From: Escherichia coli
GTDB lineage: Bacteria; Pseudomonadota; Gammaproteobacteria; Enterobacterales; Enterobacteriaceae
Strand: one strand, 5' to 3'
Length of the DNA stretch: 64,000 bases
Assembly: GCF_003334335.1 (NCBI RefSeq)
Contig: NZ_QOWQ01000006.1
A program made the position numbers and the translations under genes. The notes beneath the pieces are model-generated. The model ran no database searches. It was given only the letters and a program-made list of their open reading frames with translations, and was not told the origin of the DNA. Below, piece after piece: positions 1-11,747 of this stretch (positions are counted from its first letter, which is position 1; each line of letters starts with the position of its first letter).

Positions 1-359
1 TCTTTATCATCTTTAAAGATACGAAAGCGCACAACGGCATCGGCATGATCGGCGTCAGTTTGGGTTATCGCAACGCTTTCTAGCACCAGATCGCCAAAAT
101 CCTGACAATCACAAACCGGATCATAATCCAGCCAGCCAATATTGCCCGGCAGCGTAAGATTGTCGTTCAGGGTAAGCGCCTGTTGAATACGCGCAGAAGT
201 TATCGCCCGCTCTCCGGTTTCACCAAAATAAGGGGCAGTGGCATCTGATTTATAGTTCTGATAAATATGCCGGACTGTTTGTTCTACGGTCTGTGAGGGG
301 GGCTGTGCGTGTACGGTAAAACTTGCCAGGGCTGCTAAAAACAGAAGTATTATTTTCAT
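1..359 (-). CDS. yqhG: yqhG-like secreted protein, N-terminal part only (gene continues beyond window start)
   Basis: ATG at 359 on minus strand; translation MKIILLFLAALASFTVHAQPP... is a typical signal peptide; open to window edge; sits downstream of dkgA as in E. coli. Confidence 0.65.
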   Translation of the reverse strand, partial: MKIILLFLAALASFTVHAQPPSQTVEQTVRHIYQNYKSDATAPYFGETGERAITSARIQQALTLNDNLTLPGNIGWLDYDPVCDCQDFGDLVLESVAITQTDADHADAVVRFRIFKDDK

Positions 360-558
360 CTGTTTTTCACCTCTCCGTTGCGTTTATCCCGGATATAGAT
401 GAGTTGTTCTTTTAAGAGCTTCCGGCTCTGCATGATGATGTCCTTATATTTGGCATTCCTGAACAAGGAAGAGTAACAACGGGCGGGACGCGAGGGGAAT
501 AAATGATTTCTGAAAAGTCCGGTAGCGGAACATTACCGCCACCGGGAGAATTTGCATG

Positions 559-1386
559 TTAGCCGCCGAACTGGTCAGGATCGGGACCGAGACGCTTGCC
601 CTGATCGAGTTTTGCAATTTCGCCGAGTTCGTCTTTGTCGAGACGGAAATCCCAGACATCAAAGTTTTCGGCAATACGTGAAGGTGTGACCGATTTCGGG
701 ATCACCACCAGGCCGCTATCCAGATGCCAGCGGATAACAATCTGCGCCGGGGTTTTGCCGTATTTATCTGCCAGATCGCGAATGACTTTCTGATCGAAAA
801 CGCCTTTCCCTCCTTGCGCTAATGGGCTCCAGGATTCGGTCTGGATTTTGTGTGTCGCGTTCCAGGCGTGTAGCTGGCGTTGTTGCATCAGCGGATGAAG
901 TTCGATCTGGTTTATCACAGGCGTCACGCCAGTTTCATCAATCAGGCGTTGCAGGTGATGGATCTGGAAGTTGCACACGCCGATGCTTTTGATTAATCCC
1001 TCTTTTTGCAATTCGATCATGCCTTTCCATGCTTCGACATAATGGTCGATAGCGGGAACGGGCCAGTGCATTAAGTAGAGGTCGATATAATCAAGCTGGA
1101 GTTTTTTCAGGCTGTCGAGCAGGGCTTCGCGGGGGCGCTTGTGGTCGTCGTTCCACAGCTTAGTGGTGATGAACAGTTCTTCTCTGTTGACTGAGGCATT
1201 TTTCAGGGCTTTGCCGACACCTTCTTCGTTCTTGTAGGCCGCGGCGGTATCAATCGAGCGATAACCCACTTCTAACGCTTTTTGAATGGCGGTGATTACT
1301 TCCTCATTACTTGCTTGCCAGACGCCCAGTCCCAGCTGGGGCATGACATTGCCATCCTGTAGCTTAATAACGGTTGGATTAGCCAT
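559..1386 (-). CDS. dkgA: 2,5-diketo-D-gluconate reductase A (aldo-keto reductase)
   Basis: 275-aa ORF; aldo-keto reductase motifs (IDTAAAYKNEE, LMHWP); synteny with yqhD. Confidence 0.9.
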   Translation of the reverse strand: MANPTVIKLQDGNVMPQLGLGVWQASNEEVITAIQKALEVGYRSIDTAAAYKNEEGVGKALKNASVNREELFITTKLWNDDHKRPREALLDSLKKLQLDYIDLYLMHWPVPAIDHYVEAWKGMIELQKEGLIKSIGVCNFQIHHLQRLIDETGVTPVINQIELHPLMQQRQLHAWNATHKIQTESWSPLAQGGKGVFDQKVIRDLADKYGKTPAQIVIRWHLDSGLVVIPKSVTPSRIAENFDVWDFRLDKDELGEIAKLDQGKRLGPDPDQFGG

Positions 1387-1490
1387 ACGTTCCTCCTTTA
1401 TATGAACTCACCGGAGCAGGCTCCGGTGAGGTGTTGTGAACTTAAGTCTGGACGAAATGCCCGAAAACGAAAGTTTGAGGCGTAAAAAGC

Positions 1491-2654
1491 TTAGCGGGCG
1501 GCTTCGTATATACGGCGGCTGACATCCAACGTAATGTCATGATTTTCGCCCAGTTGGGTCATGCCGTGCTCTTCCAGTTTTTTCAGCAAAGCCGGGATGG
1601 AGCTGCCGTCCAGACCGTAGTCGGAGAGGTGGGTCGGCACGCCTAATTGCTCAAAGAAATTGCGGGTTGCGGCAATCGCGGCGTCAATACGCTCATCATC
1701 GGAACCTTCAGTGATGTTCCAGACGCGTTCAGCATATTGCAGCAGCTTAGCGCGCTTGGTATCGCGTTTTTCATTCCACAGTGCAGGCAGGACGATAGCC
1801 AGTGTTTGCGCGTGATCCAGACCGTGCATCGCAGTCAGTTCGTGGCCCAGCATATGCGTTGCCCAGTCCTGCGGTACGCCAGCGCCAATCAAACCGTTCA
1901 GCGCCTGAGTCGCCGCCCACATGACGTTGGCGCGCACATCGTAGTTTTCTGGCTCTTTCAGGGCTTTCGGACCATCTTCGATTAGCGTCAGCAAAATGCC
2001 TTCTGCGAAACGGTCCTGAATTTTGGCATCAACCGGTTTGGTAACATACTGTTCCACGGTGTGTACAAAGGCGTCCACTACGCCGTTAGCCACCTGACGC
2101 GGCGGCAGGGTGTAGGTATAAACCGGATCGAGCACGGCAAATACCGGCTGAACATGGGCAGAATGGAACGCCTGCTTGTCGCCTGTGGTTTTACGGGAGA
2201 TCACCGCGCCTGCGTTGGATTCTGAACCGGTTGCTGGCAGCGTCAGCACACAGCCCATCGGGATGGCGCTTTTAATCTCTTTACCGCCCGTTTGCAGAAT
2301 GTGCCACGGATCGATATTTTCCGGATAGTTAGCCGCTGCGGCGATAAATTTGGTGCCGTCCAGTACAGAACCGCCGCCAACCGCCAGCAGGAAAGTCACT
2401 TTCTGTTCGCGAACCAGTTTCACGGCGTTCATCAGCGTTTCATAAGCCGGGTTTGGCTCAATACCGCCAAATTCCAGCACGTCCATGCCTTTCAGGGCAT
2501 CCAGAACTTGATCGAGAACGCCGGTTTTTTTCACGCTGCCGCCGCCGTAGGTAATCAATACGCGAGCATCGTGAGGAATTTGTTCGCGTAAACCAGCGAT
2601 TGCGCCTTTACCAAACAGAATGCGGGTTGGGGTGTGCAGATTAAAGTTGTTCAT
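1491..2654 (-). CDS. yqhD: NADPH-dependent aldehyde reductase, iron-containing alcohol dehydrogenase family
   Basis: ORF 1491..2678; start placed at internal Met ([17 protein letters not shown]...) to give 387 aa; Fe-ADH family sequence. Confidence 0.9.
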   Translation of the reverse strand: MNNFNLHTPTRILFGKGAIAGLREQIPHDARVLITYGGGSVKKTGVLDQVLDALKGMDVLEFGGIEPNPAYETLMNAVKLVREQKVTFLLAVGGGSVLDGTKFIAAAANYPENIDPWHILQTGGKEIKSAIPMGCVLTLPATGSESNAGAVISRKTTGDKQAFHSAHVQPVFAVLDPVYTYTLPPRQVANGVVDAFVHTVEQYVTKPVDAKIQDRFAEGILLTLIEDGPKALKEPENYDVRANVMWAATQALNGLIGAGVPQDWATHMLGHELTAMHGLDHAQTLAIVLPALWNEKRDTKRAKLLQYAERVWNITEGSDDERIDAAIAATRNFFEQLGVPTHLSDYGLDGSSIPALLKKLEEHGMTQLGENHDITLDVSRRIYEAAR

Positions 2655-2790
2655 TACTTGCTCCCTTTGCTGGGCCAATATGAGGGCAGAGAACGATCTG
2701 CCTGATGTTTTTCATTGTGATCGCCAGCGCCCTGGCTCTCAATGCTCATTTCTGCCAATGTCTTGCCTATTTCTCCAGAGTGCTGGAGAA

Positions 2791-3747
2791 ATGCTACAAA
2801 ATTGCGCACAATCAAATTGCCGCATTATTCCTAAGAAATTACGCGATATGAAACGTGAAGAGATTTGCCGCTTGCTGGCGGATAAAGTTAATAAACTGAA
2901 AAATAAAGAAAATAGTTTGTCAGAACTGTTGCCCGATGTGCGTTTGTTGTATGGCGAGACGCCTTTCGCACGTACACCGGTGATGTACGAGCCTGGCATC
3001 ATAATTCTCTTTTCCGGGCATAAAATCGGTTATATCAATGAACGCGTGTTTCGTTATGATGCCAATGAATACCTGCTGCTGACGGTGCCGTTGCCGTTTG
3101 AGTGCGAAACCTATGCCACGTCAGAGGTGCCGCTGGCAGGGTTGCGTCTCAATGTCGATATTTTGCAGTTACAGGAACTGTTGATGGACATTGGCGAAGA
3201 TGAGCATTTCCAGCCGTCGATGGCAGCCAGCGGGATTAACTCCGCCACGTTATCAGAAGAGATTTTATGCGCGGCGGAGCGGTTACTCGACGTGATGGAG
3301 CGACCACTGGATGCGCGTATTCTCGGCAAACAGATCATCCGCGAAATTCTGTACTACGTGCTGACCGGACCTTGCGGCGGCGCGTTACTGGCGCTGGTCA
3401 GTCGCCAGACTCACTTCAGTCTGATTAGCCGCGTGCTGAAACGGATTGAGAATAAATACACCGAAAACCTGAGCGTCGAGCAACTGGCGGCAGAAGCCAA
3501 CATGAGCGTATCGGCGTTCCACCATAATTTTAAGTCTGTCACCAGTACCTCGCCGTTGCAGTATTTGAAGAATTACCGTCTGCATAAGGCGCGGATGATG
3601 ATCATCCATGACGGCATGAAGGCCAGCGCAGCAGCGATGCGCGTCGGCTATGAAAGCGCATCGCAATTTAGCCGTGAGTTTAAACGTTACTTCGGTGTGA
3701 CGCCGGGGGAAGATGCGGCAAGAATGCGGGCGATGCAGGGGAATTAA
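2791..3747 (+). CDS. yqhC: AraC-family transcriptional activator of yqhD-dkgA
   Basis: ORF 2620..3747; start placed at Met giving 318 aa ([13 protein letters not shown]...); C-terminal AraC-type HTH; divergent from yqhD. Confidence 0.85.
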   Translation: MLQNCAQSNCRIIPKKLRDMKREEICRLLADKVNKLKNKENSLSELLPDVRLLYGETPFARTPVMYEPGIIILFSGHKIGYINERVFRYDANEYLLLTVPLPFECETYATSEVPLAGLRLNVDILQLQELLMDIGEDEHFQPSMAASGINSATLSEEILCAAERLLDVMERPLDARILGKQIIREILYYVLTGPCGGALLALVSRQTHFSLISRVLKRIENKYTENLSVEQLAAEANMSVSAFHHNFKSVTSTSPLQYLKNYRLHKARMMIIHDGMKASAAAMRVGYESASQFSREFKRYFGVTPGEDAARMRAMQGN

Positions 3748-3786
3748 ATACGTTCCCGGTACAGCAACCGGGAACGGGGAAAATCG

Positions 3787-4446
3787 TCAGGCGTTACAGT
3801 ATTTTTTTTTAATCACCACAAACAGCGTGCCTAACAAGCCAGCGGTTAACAAGGCAATTGGCAGGATCATCAGGAACGTCATTACCTGATCTTCATGGCG
3901 TTTAACGAACGGAATCATACTTAAGGCATAGCCAAAACTGGTTACCACGCTGACCCACAGCAATCCACTTAACCAGTTGAAAAACTGGAAGCGGCGGTTT
4001 GGCAGACCGGAAATTCCCGCCATGGTTGGCAGCAGCGTACGGACAAATGCAAGAAAACGTCCAGCCAGCAGCGCCAGCAGACCGTGGCGGTCAAACATGC
4101 AGGTGGCGCGCTGGTGATATTTAGCAGGAAGCTGTGCCAGCCAGCCTTTCACCGTTTTGGTATTCCCTAACCAGCGCCCCTGAATATAACTTAGCCAGCA
4201 GCCCAGACTTGCTGCGGCGGTCAGAATCGCAATCGTAGGCAGAAAATCCATAACCCCCTGGGCAATCAATGCGCCTGCCAGTATCAACAAGCTGTCGCCT
4301 GGCAAAAATGAGGCGGGCAGCAGGCCGTTTTCTAAAAACAGCGTGGCAAACATGACAAAGTAAACAACGCTAACAATATGAGGATCCGCCAGCGCGGCAA
4401 AGTCGTGTTGCCAGAGCGCAGCGATGATATCTTGAATAACAGCCAT
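3787..4446 (-). CDS. yghB: DedA-family inner membrane protein
   Basis: 219-aa hydrophobic ORF with DedA-like sequence; located downstream of metC. Confidence 0.85.
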
Positions 4447-4585
4447 GGACTTTCCTGTGGAACAGCGTTTAAGCCTTTATCTGCCTATTGTACTCCTGAA
4501 TCGTCCGGGACGCCTTGATCCCGGACGCAACAATTTAAGACTTTTCACAATAAAATGTCTGCAAAATTGTCCAAAAGTGGCAATG

Positions 4586-5773
4586 TTATACAATTCGCGC
4601 AAAACCGGCGTCCAGATCGGCAATCAGATCGTCGACATCTTCCAGACCAATATGCAGGCGAATCAAGGTCCCGCTAAAATCGATCTCGCCTTGTGGGCGA
4701 ATGGCGGCGATATGTTCTGGTTGATTTGCCAGGATCAACGATTCATACCCGCCCCACGAGTAGGCCATGCTGAATAAACTGAAGTTATCCAGATAGTTCG
4801 CCAGCTCTTCATTATTGAGTTTTTTCTTAAGCACAAAGGAAAATAGCCCGCTGCTGCCTGTAAAGTCTCGTTTCCAGAATTCGTGACCTTTACTGCCAGG
4901 CAGAGCAGGGTGGTTAACTCGCGCAACTTGCGGATGTTCTGCCAGCCATTCAGCCACTTTCAGACTGCTTTCATGATGTTGACGCAAACGCACACCTAAT
5001 GTGCGCAGGCCACGGCTGGTTATATAGGCGGTATCGGCATCGACCATCTGGCCCATCAGATAGGCATTTTCCCGTAGCTGCTCCCAGCAACGGGCATTGC
5101 ACACGGCAGTGCCAATCATCGCATCTGAATGCCCAACCAGATATTTGGTGGCGGCTTGAATAGAAACATCGATGCCAAAATCCAGCGCCTTAAACAGCAC
5201 ACCGGCTGCCCAGGTGTTGTCGATCATAATGATGGCATCCGGCACCACACTGCGTACGGCGGCAACAATCGCCGGAACGTCGTGGACTTCCATGGTGATG
5301 GAGCCTGGCGATTCCAGAAACACGATTTTAGTGTTTGGCTGCAGATGCTTAACGATATCGGCACCAATCAGCGGATCAAACCATGATGTCGTTACGCCCA
5401 GTTTGCTGAGGATTTTGCTACAGAAATCCTGACTCGGTTCATAGGCGGTGTTGGTCATCAACACATGATCGCCCTGTTCGATAAAAGCAAGAATGGAATT
5501 AGCAACCGCTGCCGCCCCGCAGGGAAATAGCACGCAGCCTGCGCCACCTTCCAGTTCACACATCGCTTGTTGTAAGGAGAAATGGGTTAACGTTCCGCGC
5601 CGTCCATAGAACAACTCTCCATTGGCGCGATTACGTGTCGCGTGTTTTTTGGCTTCTACACTGTCAAAGACCAGCGAAGAAGCGCGCTGAATCACGCTAT
5701 TTACCGCGCCGAGAGAGTATTTTTTGCTGCGTCCTGCATTCACCAGTTGAGTATCAAGCTTTTTGTCCGCCAT
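4586..5773 (-). CDS. metC: cystathionine beta-lyase
   Basis: ORF 4586..5908; start placed at [19 protein letters not shown] (395 aa); PLP-dependent Cys/Met metabolism fold. Confidence 0.9.
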   Translation of the reverse strand: MADKKLDTQLVNAGRSKKYSLGAVNSVIQRASSLVFDSVEAKKHATRNRANGELFYGRRGTLTHFSLQQAMCELEGGAGCVLFPCGAAAVANSILAFIEQGDHVLMTNTAYEPSQDFCSKILSKLGVTTSWFDPLIGADIVKHLQPNTKIVFLESPGSITMEVHDVPAIVAAVRSVVPDAIIMIDNTWAAGVLFKALDFGIDVSIQAATKYLVGHSDAMIGTAVCNARCWEQLRENAYLMGQMVDADTAYITSRGLRTLGVRLRQHHESSLKVAEWLAEHPQVARVNHPALPGSKGHEFWKRDFTGSSGLFSFVLKKKLNNEELANYLDNFSLFSMAYSWGGYESLILANQPEHIAAIRPQGEIDFSGTLIRLHIGLEDVDDLIADLDAGFARIV

Positions 5774-6024
5774 GTCGGGATTCCTGTTTTTATACGTCTG
5801 GATGTCTAAACTAGCATGAATATTCGCGGGCGCATCCTGAAGAATTGGCATAAAGCAGAAAATTTTCGCAAATGGCGTGCTGGTGACTTTTTTACTGCGT
5901 AAACGCAAGGAAAAGAAAGCAAAGGTACGGCAGTATGCAAATAGTAATGAGAACGACTATCAATTCGACGTCGTTTTGATATTATTATGCGCAGATTTTG
6001 TGACTTGCGTCCTGGAGATACACA

Positions 6025-6759
6025 GTGGGTAATAATTTAATGCAGACGGACCTTTCCGTCTGGGGTATGTATCAGCACGCCGATATTGTCGTTAAGTGCG
6101 TGATGATTGGGCTTATTTTGGCCTCCGTAGTCACCTGGGCAATCTTCTTCAGTAAGAGCGTAGAGTTCTTCAATCAGAAGCGTCGCCTTAAGCGCGAGCA
6201 GCAACTGCTGGCTGAAGCGCGTTCCTTAAACCAGGCCAACGATATCGCCGCTGATTTTGGTAGCAAAAGCTTAAGCCTGCATTTGCTCAATGAAGCGCAG
6301 AATGAGCTGGAACTGTCAGAAGGCAGCGACGATAACGAAGGTATTAAAGAACGTACCAGCTTCCGTCTGGAGCGTCGGGTCGCCGCAGTGGGTCGTCAAA
6401 TGGGCCGCGGTAACGGCTATCTGGCAACCATCGGCGCGATTTCTCCGTTCGTTGGTCTGTTTGGTACGGTCTGGGGCATCATGAACAGCTTTATTGGTAT
6501 CGCGCAAACGCAGACCACTAACCTGGCAGTCGTTGCGCCGGGTATCGCAGAAGCTCTGTTAGCAACGGCAATCGGCCTCGTGGCAGCGATTCCTGCGGTC
6601 GTTATCTATAACGTATTTGCACGCCAGATTGGCGGCTTTAAAGCGATGCTGGGTGATGTTGCAGCGCAGGTATTGTTGCTGCAAAGCCGTGACCTGGATC
6701 TGGAAGCCAGCGCCGCTGCGCATCCGGTTCGTGTCGCACAAAAATTACGCGCAGGATAA
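6025..6759 (+). CDS. exbB: TonB-system energizer ExbB
   Basis: 244-aa ORF with GTG start (MGNNLMQTDLSVWGMYQHADIVVK...); MotA/TolQ/ExbB family membrane protein. Confidence 0.9.
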   Translation: MGNNLMQTDLSVWGMYQHADIVVKCVMIGLILASVVTWAIFFSKSVEFFNQKRRLKREQQLLAEARSLNQANDIAADFGSKSLSLHLLNEAQNELELSEGSDDNEGIKERTSFRLERRVAAVGRQMGRGNGYLATIGAISPFVGLFGTVWGIMNSFIGIAQTQTTNLAVVAPGIAEALLATAIGLVAAIPAVVIYNVFARQIGGFKAMLGDVAAQVLLLQSRDLDLEASAAAHPVRVAQKLRAG

Positions 6760-6765
6760 TATCCG

Positions 6766-7191
6766 ATGGCAATGCATCTTAACGAAAACCTCGACGATAA
6801 CGGCGAAATGCATGATATCAACGTGACGCCGTTTATCGACGTGATGTTGGTTCTGCTGATTATCTTTATGGTGGCGGCACCGTTAGCGACGGTAGATGTG
6901 AAGGTGAACTTGCCTGCTTCTACCAGCACGCCGCAGCCGCGCCCGGAAAAACCGGTTTATCTGTCGGTGAAGGCAGACAACTCGATGTTTATCGGTAACG
7001 ATCCGGTCACCGATGAAACAATGATTACGGCGTTGAATGCGTTAACCGAAGGCAAGAAAGACACCACCATCTTCTTCCGAGCGGACAAAACCGTCGATTA
7101 CGAGACGTTGATGAAGGTAATGGATACGCTGCATCAGGCGGGTTACCTGAAGATAGGTCTGGTCGGCGAAGAAACCGCCAAAGCGAAGTAA
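6766..7191 (+). CDS. exbD: TonB-system protein ExbD
   Basis: 141-aa ORF immediately after exbB; ExbD/TolR family. Confidence 0.9.
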   Translation: MAMHLNENLDDNGEMHDINVTPFIDVMLVLLIIFMVAAPLATVDVKVNLPASTSTPQPRPEKPVYLSVKADNSMFIGNDPVTDETMITALNALTEGKKDTTIFFRADKTVDYETLMKVMDTLHQAGYLKIGLVGEETAKAK

Positions 7192-7198
7192 AGTAGAA

Positions 7199-7410
7199 TT
7201 GCCTGATGCGCTACGCTCATCAGGCCTACAAAATCTATTGCAACATGTTGAATCTTCGTGCGTTTGTAGGCCGGATAAGGCGTTCACGACGCATCCGGCA
7301 TTAGGTGCTCAATGCCTGATGCGCTACGCTTATCAGGCCTACAAAATCTATTGCAACATGTTGAATCTTCATGCGTTTGTAGGCGGATAAGGCGTTTTCG
7401 CCACATCAGG
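7199..7410. repeat. REP/BIME cluster: two near-identical ~105-bp units, each holding inverted REP palindromes
   Basis: Unit gcctgatgcgctacgct(c/t)atcaggcctacaaaatctattgcaacatgttgaatcttc(g/a)tgcgtttgtaggc... occurs at about 7199-7311 and again at 7313-7410; classic REP core. Confidence 0.7.
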
Positions 7411-7430
7411 TAAGAGTGAATTCACAATGA

Positions 7431-7465
7431 TGCCCGGTTGCTTTTCACAACCGGGCATTTTTTTA
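7431..7465. terminator. stem-loop with T-run between convergent exbD and yghA (probable bidirectional terminator)
   Basis: tgcccggttg-cttttca-caaccgggca followed by ttttttt. Confidence 0.5.
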
Positions 7466-8347
7466 ACCTAAATGCTCGCCGCCGCACACGCCGTGCACTT
7501 CTGCGGTGACGTAGCTCGACTCCTGACTTGCCAGATAAACATATACAGGGGCCAGTTCCGCCGGTTGCCCCGCACGTTTCATCGGCGTTTGCTGACCAAA
7601 CTGCGGGATCTTATCCTGCGTTTGTCCGCCGGAAATTTGCAGTGCTGTCCAGATCGGGCCTGGCGCGACAATATTCACCCGAATACCTTTCTCCGCGACC
7701 TGTTTTGCCAAGCCACGGCTGTAGTTCAGAATCGCCGCCTTCGTAGCCGCATAGTCCAGTAAATGCGGACTTGGCTGGTATGCCTGGATTGACGAAGTGG
7801 TGATGATACTTGCACCTTTCGGTAGCAGGGGGATCGCTTCCTGGGTTAGCCAGAACAGCGCGAAAACGTTAATGGCAAAGGTCTTTTGAAACTGTTCGCT
7901 GGTGAGGTCTGCAATATCCGGAATGGCAACCTGTTTCCCGGCGACCAGCGCCATAATATCCAGCCCGCCTAACGCCTTGTGCGCTTCGTGAACCAGCGAA
8001 CGGGCAAATTTCTCATCGCTTAAATCGCCTGGCAGCAGAACGGCTTTGCGTCCGCATTCTTCAATGATCTTTTTCACATCCTGAGCGTCTTCTTCTTCCA
8101 CGGGAAGATAACTGATCGCCACGTCAGCCCCTTCACGCGCGTAAGCGATGGCGGCAGCGCGACCTATTCCGGAATCGCCCCCTGTCACCAGTGCTTTACG
8201 ATCTTTCAGGCGACCGCTACCAACATAGGTTTTCTCGCCGCAATCCGGTACCGGTGTCATCTTCGCCTGGATGCCTGGCGTCGGTTGTTTCTGTTTGGGA
8301 TATTCACCAGTGTAATACTGCGTGGTCGGGTCTTTTAAATGAGACAT
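7463..8347 (-). CDS. yghA: short-chain dehydrogenase/reductase family oxidoreductase
   Basis: 294-aa ORF; SDR glycine-rich motif [12 protein letters not shown]. Confidence 0.9.
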
Positions 8348-8468
8348 CGTTTTTCTCCCTTCAGGTTCAACGTCCTTTAAGGGTAGACGTTCTCGATGCG
8401 TTGATAAGGGAACCAGGAAGATCCCTAAACCTCAGAATTATGCGACAAAGGTTTAACGTATATGTTGA

Positions 8469-9032
<564 letters not shown>

Positions 9033-9071
9033 TCTGATTCGGGCGCGGTTCGCGCGCCCGTTATTAACAGG

Positions 9072-10112
9072 TCATTTATCGGAAGACGCCTGCCACAGAT
9101 TCAGCTCGCCATCGGCGATATGCTGATCAATCTGCGCCAGCTCCTTGGTGCTAAATGTCAGATTATTCAGCGCCTGCACGTTCTCCTCTAGTTGCTCCGC
9201 GCGGCTGGCACCAATCAATACCGACGTCACGCGATCATCTTTCAGCAACCAGCTTAACGCCATTTGCGCCATTGATTGTCCACGCTGCTGTGCCATTTCA
9301 TTCAATAAGCGCAGGCTGTTGAGGTTGGCTTCGGTAAGCATTTTCGGTGTCAGACCACGAACTTTATTCCCTTCACGATGCATCCGTGAATCTTGCGGAA
9401 TGCCGTTGAGATATTTTCCGGTCAGCAATCCCTGAGCCAGAGGAGTAAAGGCAATACAGCCCACGCCGTTATTTTGCAGGGTATCCAGCAGGCCGCTTTT
9501 ATCCACCCAGCGGTTCAGTAAATTGTACGAAGGTTGATGAATTAACAGCGGAATTTTCCACTCGCGCAGCAACTCGACCATTTTTTGCGTCCGCTCTGGC
9601 GAGTAAGAGGAGATCCCGACATACAGCGCCTTACCGCTTTGTACCGCATGAGCCAGCGCAGAGGCGGTTTCTTCCATCGGCGTATTTTCATCGACGCGAT
9701 GAGAGTAAAAGATATCGACATACTCAAGCCCCATACGCTTCAGGCTTTGGTCGAGGCTGGCGAGCAGGTATTTACGTGAACCGCCAGAGCCGTAAGGGCC
9801 GGGCCACATATCGTAGCCAGCCTTGGTAGAGATAATCAGTTCATCGCGATAAGCGGCAAAATCCTCCCGCAGCAGGCGACCAAAGTTCTCTTCTGCGCTT
9901 CCTGGAGGCGGCCCGTAATTGTTGGCTAAATCAAAGTGCGTAATGCCCAAATCAAACGCTTTACGCAGGATCGCACGCTGTGATTCCAGCGCGTTAACGT
10001 GACCGAAATTGTGCCATAAACCGAGCGATAACGCGGGCAGGCGTAAACCACTTTTTCCGCAATAGCGGTATTGCATCTGCCCGTAACGTTCGGGATTCGC
10101 TAACCAGACCAT
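9072..10112 (-). CDS. yghZ: L-glyceraldehyde 3-phosphate reductase (aldo-keto reductase)
   Basis: 346-aa ORF with aldo-keto reductase family sequence. Confidence 0.9.
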   Translation of the reverse strand: MVWLANPERYGQMQYRYCGKSGLRLPALSLGLWHNFGHVNALESQRAILRKAFDLGITHFDLANNYGPPPGSAEENFGRLLREDFAAYRDELIISTKAGYDMWPGPYGSGGSRKYLLASLDQSLKRMGLEYVDIFYSHRVDENTPMEETASALAHAVQSGKALYVGISSYSPERTQKMVELLREWKIPLLIHQPSYNLLNRWVDKSGLLDTLQNNGVGCIAFTPLAQGLLTGKYLNGIPQDSRMHREGNKVRGLTPKMLTEANLNSLRLLNEMAQQRGQSMAQMALSWLLKDDRVTSVLIGASRAEQLEENVQALNNLTFSTKELAQIDQHIADGELNLWQASSDK

Positions 10113-10268
10113 GACCTCTCCTTTCCACCGTTCAATTTCGAAACAATGTTTCTAGTTTAGCGATTCGCCAGCGCGTATCCCGTAGTCTGGCTCACAGAGT
10201 GACGAAAAACTGGGCAAAAACACGTGCTTATGCTTTGCTTAAAAAAACACCAACTGAGGAGTGCAACG

Positions 10269-11153
10269 ATGCCGCGTTTAACCGCCAAAGATTTCCCACA
10301 AGAGTTGCTGGATTACTATGACTATTACGCTCACGGGAAAATCTCGAAACGTGAGTTCCTCAACCTTGCGGCGAAGTGCGGTAGGCGGGATGACGGCATT
10401 AGCGTTGTTTGATTTGCTCAAGCCAAATTATGCGCTGGCGACTCAGGTAGAGTTTACCGACCCGGAAATTGTTGCTGAGTACATCACGTATCCTTCGCCA
10501 AATGGTCACGGCGAGGTGCGGGGTTATCTGGTGAAGCCCGCAAAGATGAGCGGCAAAACGCCAGCCGTAGTGGTGGTGCATGAGAATCGTGGACTGAATC
10601 CGTATATCGAAGATGTGGCACGGCGAGTGGCGAAGGCGGGGTATATCGCCCTGGCACCTGACGGCTTAAGTTCCGTTGGAGGTTATCCGGGAAATGATGA
10701 TAAAGGTCGTGAGCTGCAACAGCAGGTTGATCCAACAAACTGATGAATGATTTCTTTGCCGCAATTGAGTTTATGCAACGCTATCCGCAAGCGACAGGCA
10801 AAGTGGGTATTACCGGATTTTGCTATGGCGGTGGCGTATCGAACGCGGCGGCTGTCGCGTATCCGGAACTGGCCTGCGCGGTGCCGTTTTATGGTCGTCA
10901 GGCACCCACTGCCGATGTGGCGAAGATTGAAGCGCCTTTACTACTCCACTTCGCGGAACTGGACACCCGAATCAACGAGGGCTGGCCTGCTTACGAGGCG
11001 GCGTTGAAAGCCAATAATAAGGTTTATGAGGCGTATATCTATCCGGGGGTTAATCACGGATTCCATAATGATTCCACGCCCCGTTATGACAAATCTGCCG
11101 CCGATCTTGCCTGGCAAAGGACACTGAAATGGTTCGATAAATATCTCTCCTGA
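10269..11153 (+). pseudogene. yghX: dienelactone-hydrolase-family protein disrupted by two frameshifts
   Basis: Reading frame jumps between three ORFs (10224..10412, 10318..10743, 10743..11153); GAGGA RBS before ATG at 10269; second shift lies in the A-run ccaacaaactgatg near 10740. Confidence 0.65.
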
Positions 11154-11271
11154 TAGGTTTATCTCTTACGGGATTACGTCTTAAACAAGCATGAAAAAAT
11201 AGCGTGCGCAAAAGTCGTTCTTTGCCTAAAATATCGCTATATATGACAATATATAGCGAATGAGGTGAACG

Positions 11272-11559
11272 ATGAATAACCATTTTGGTAAAGGCTTAAT
11301 GGCGGGATTAAAAGCAACGCATGCCGACAGTGCGGTTAATGTGACAAAATTCTGTGCCGATTATAAACGCGGTTTTGTATTAGGCTACTCACACCGGATG
11401 TACGAAAAGACCGGAGATCGCCAGCTTAGCGCCTGGGAAGCGGGTATTCTGACGCGCCGCTATGGACTGGATAAAGAGATGGTAATGGATTTCTTTCGTG
11501 AGAATAATTCCTGTTCTACGTTGCGCTTTTTTATGGCCGGTTATCGCCTCGAAAATTGA
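11272..11559 (+). CDS. yghW: small protein YghW
   Basis: 95-aa ORF ([24 protein letters not shown]...) upstream of hybO. Confidence 0.75.
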
Positions 11560-11747
11560 TCAAACATACGTATTATCTTGCTTTAATTAATTACACTAAT
11601 GCTTCTTCCCTTCGTTTTAGCGCCCCGCCGCAGTATCATGATATCGATAACCATAATAAATGTGTGGTAAATGGCGCATCGATCGCATTATTGATTTTGC
11701 GATTGAGGCAAAATATATGCCAGGTCTTCGCAACGGAATAACTATAA
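11560..11747 (+). promoter_or_regulatory. hyb operon promoter/leader region (AT-rich)
   Basis: AT-rich non-coding stretch directly upstream of hybO; exact promoter elements not resolved. Confidence 0.35.

Noticed and set aside
444-674. 76-aa ORF overlapping the dkgA 3' end and the intergenic region
   Set aside because: Overlaps the conserved dkgA reading frame; no RBS or motif; likely spurious.
5937-5967. Fur box upstream of exbB
   Set aside because: exbB is expected to be iron-regulated, but the best candidate (aatagtaatgagaacgact) matches the 19-bp Fur consensus at only about half the positions; not supported well enough to call.
7199-7410. Possible CRISPR array (repeated units)
   Set aside because: Only two long units with palindromic REP cores, no short regular repeat-spacer pattern and no cas genes nearby.
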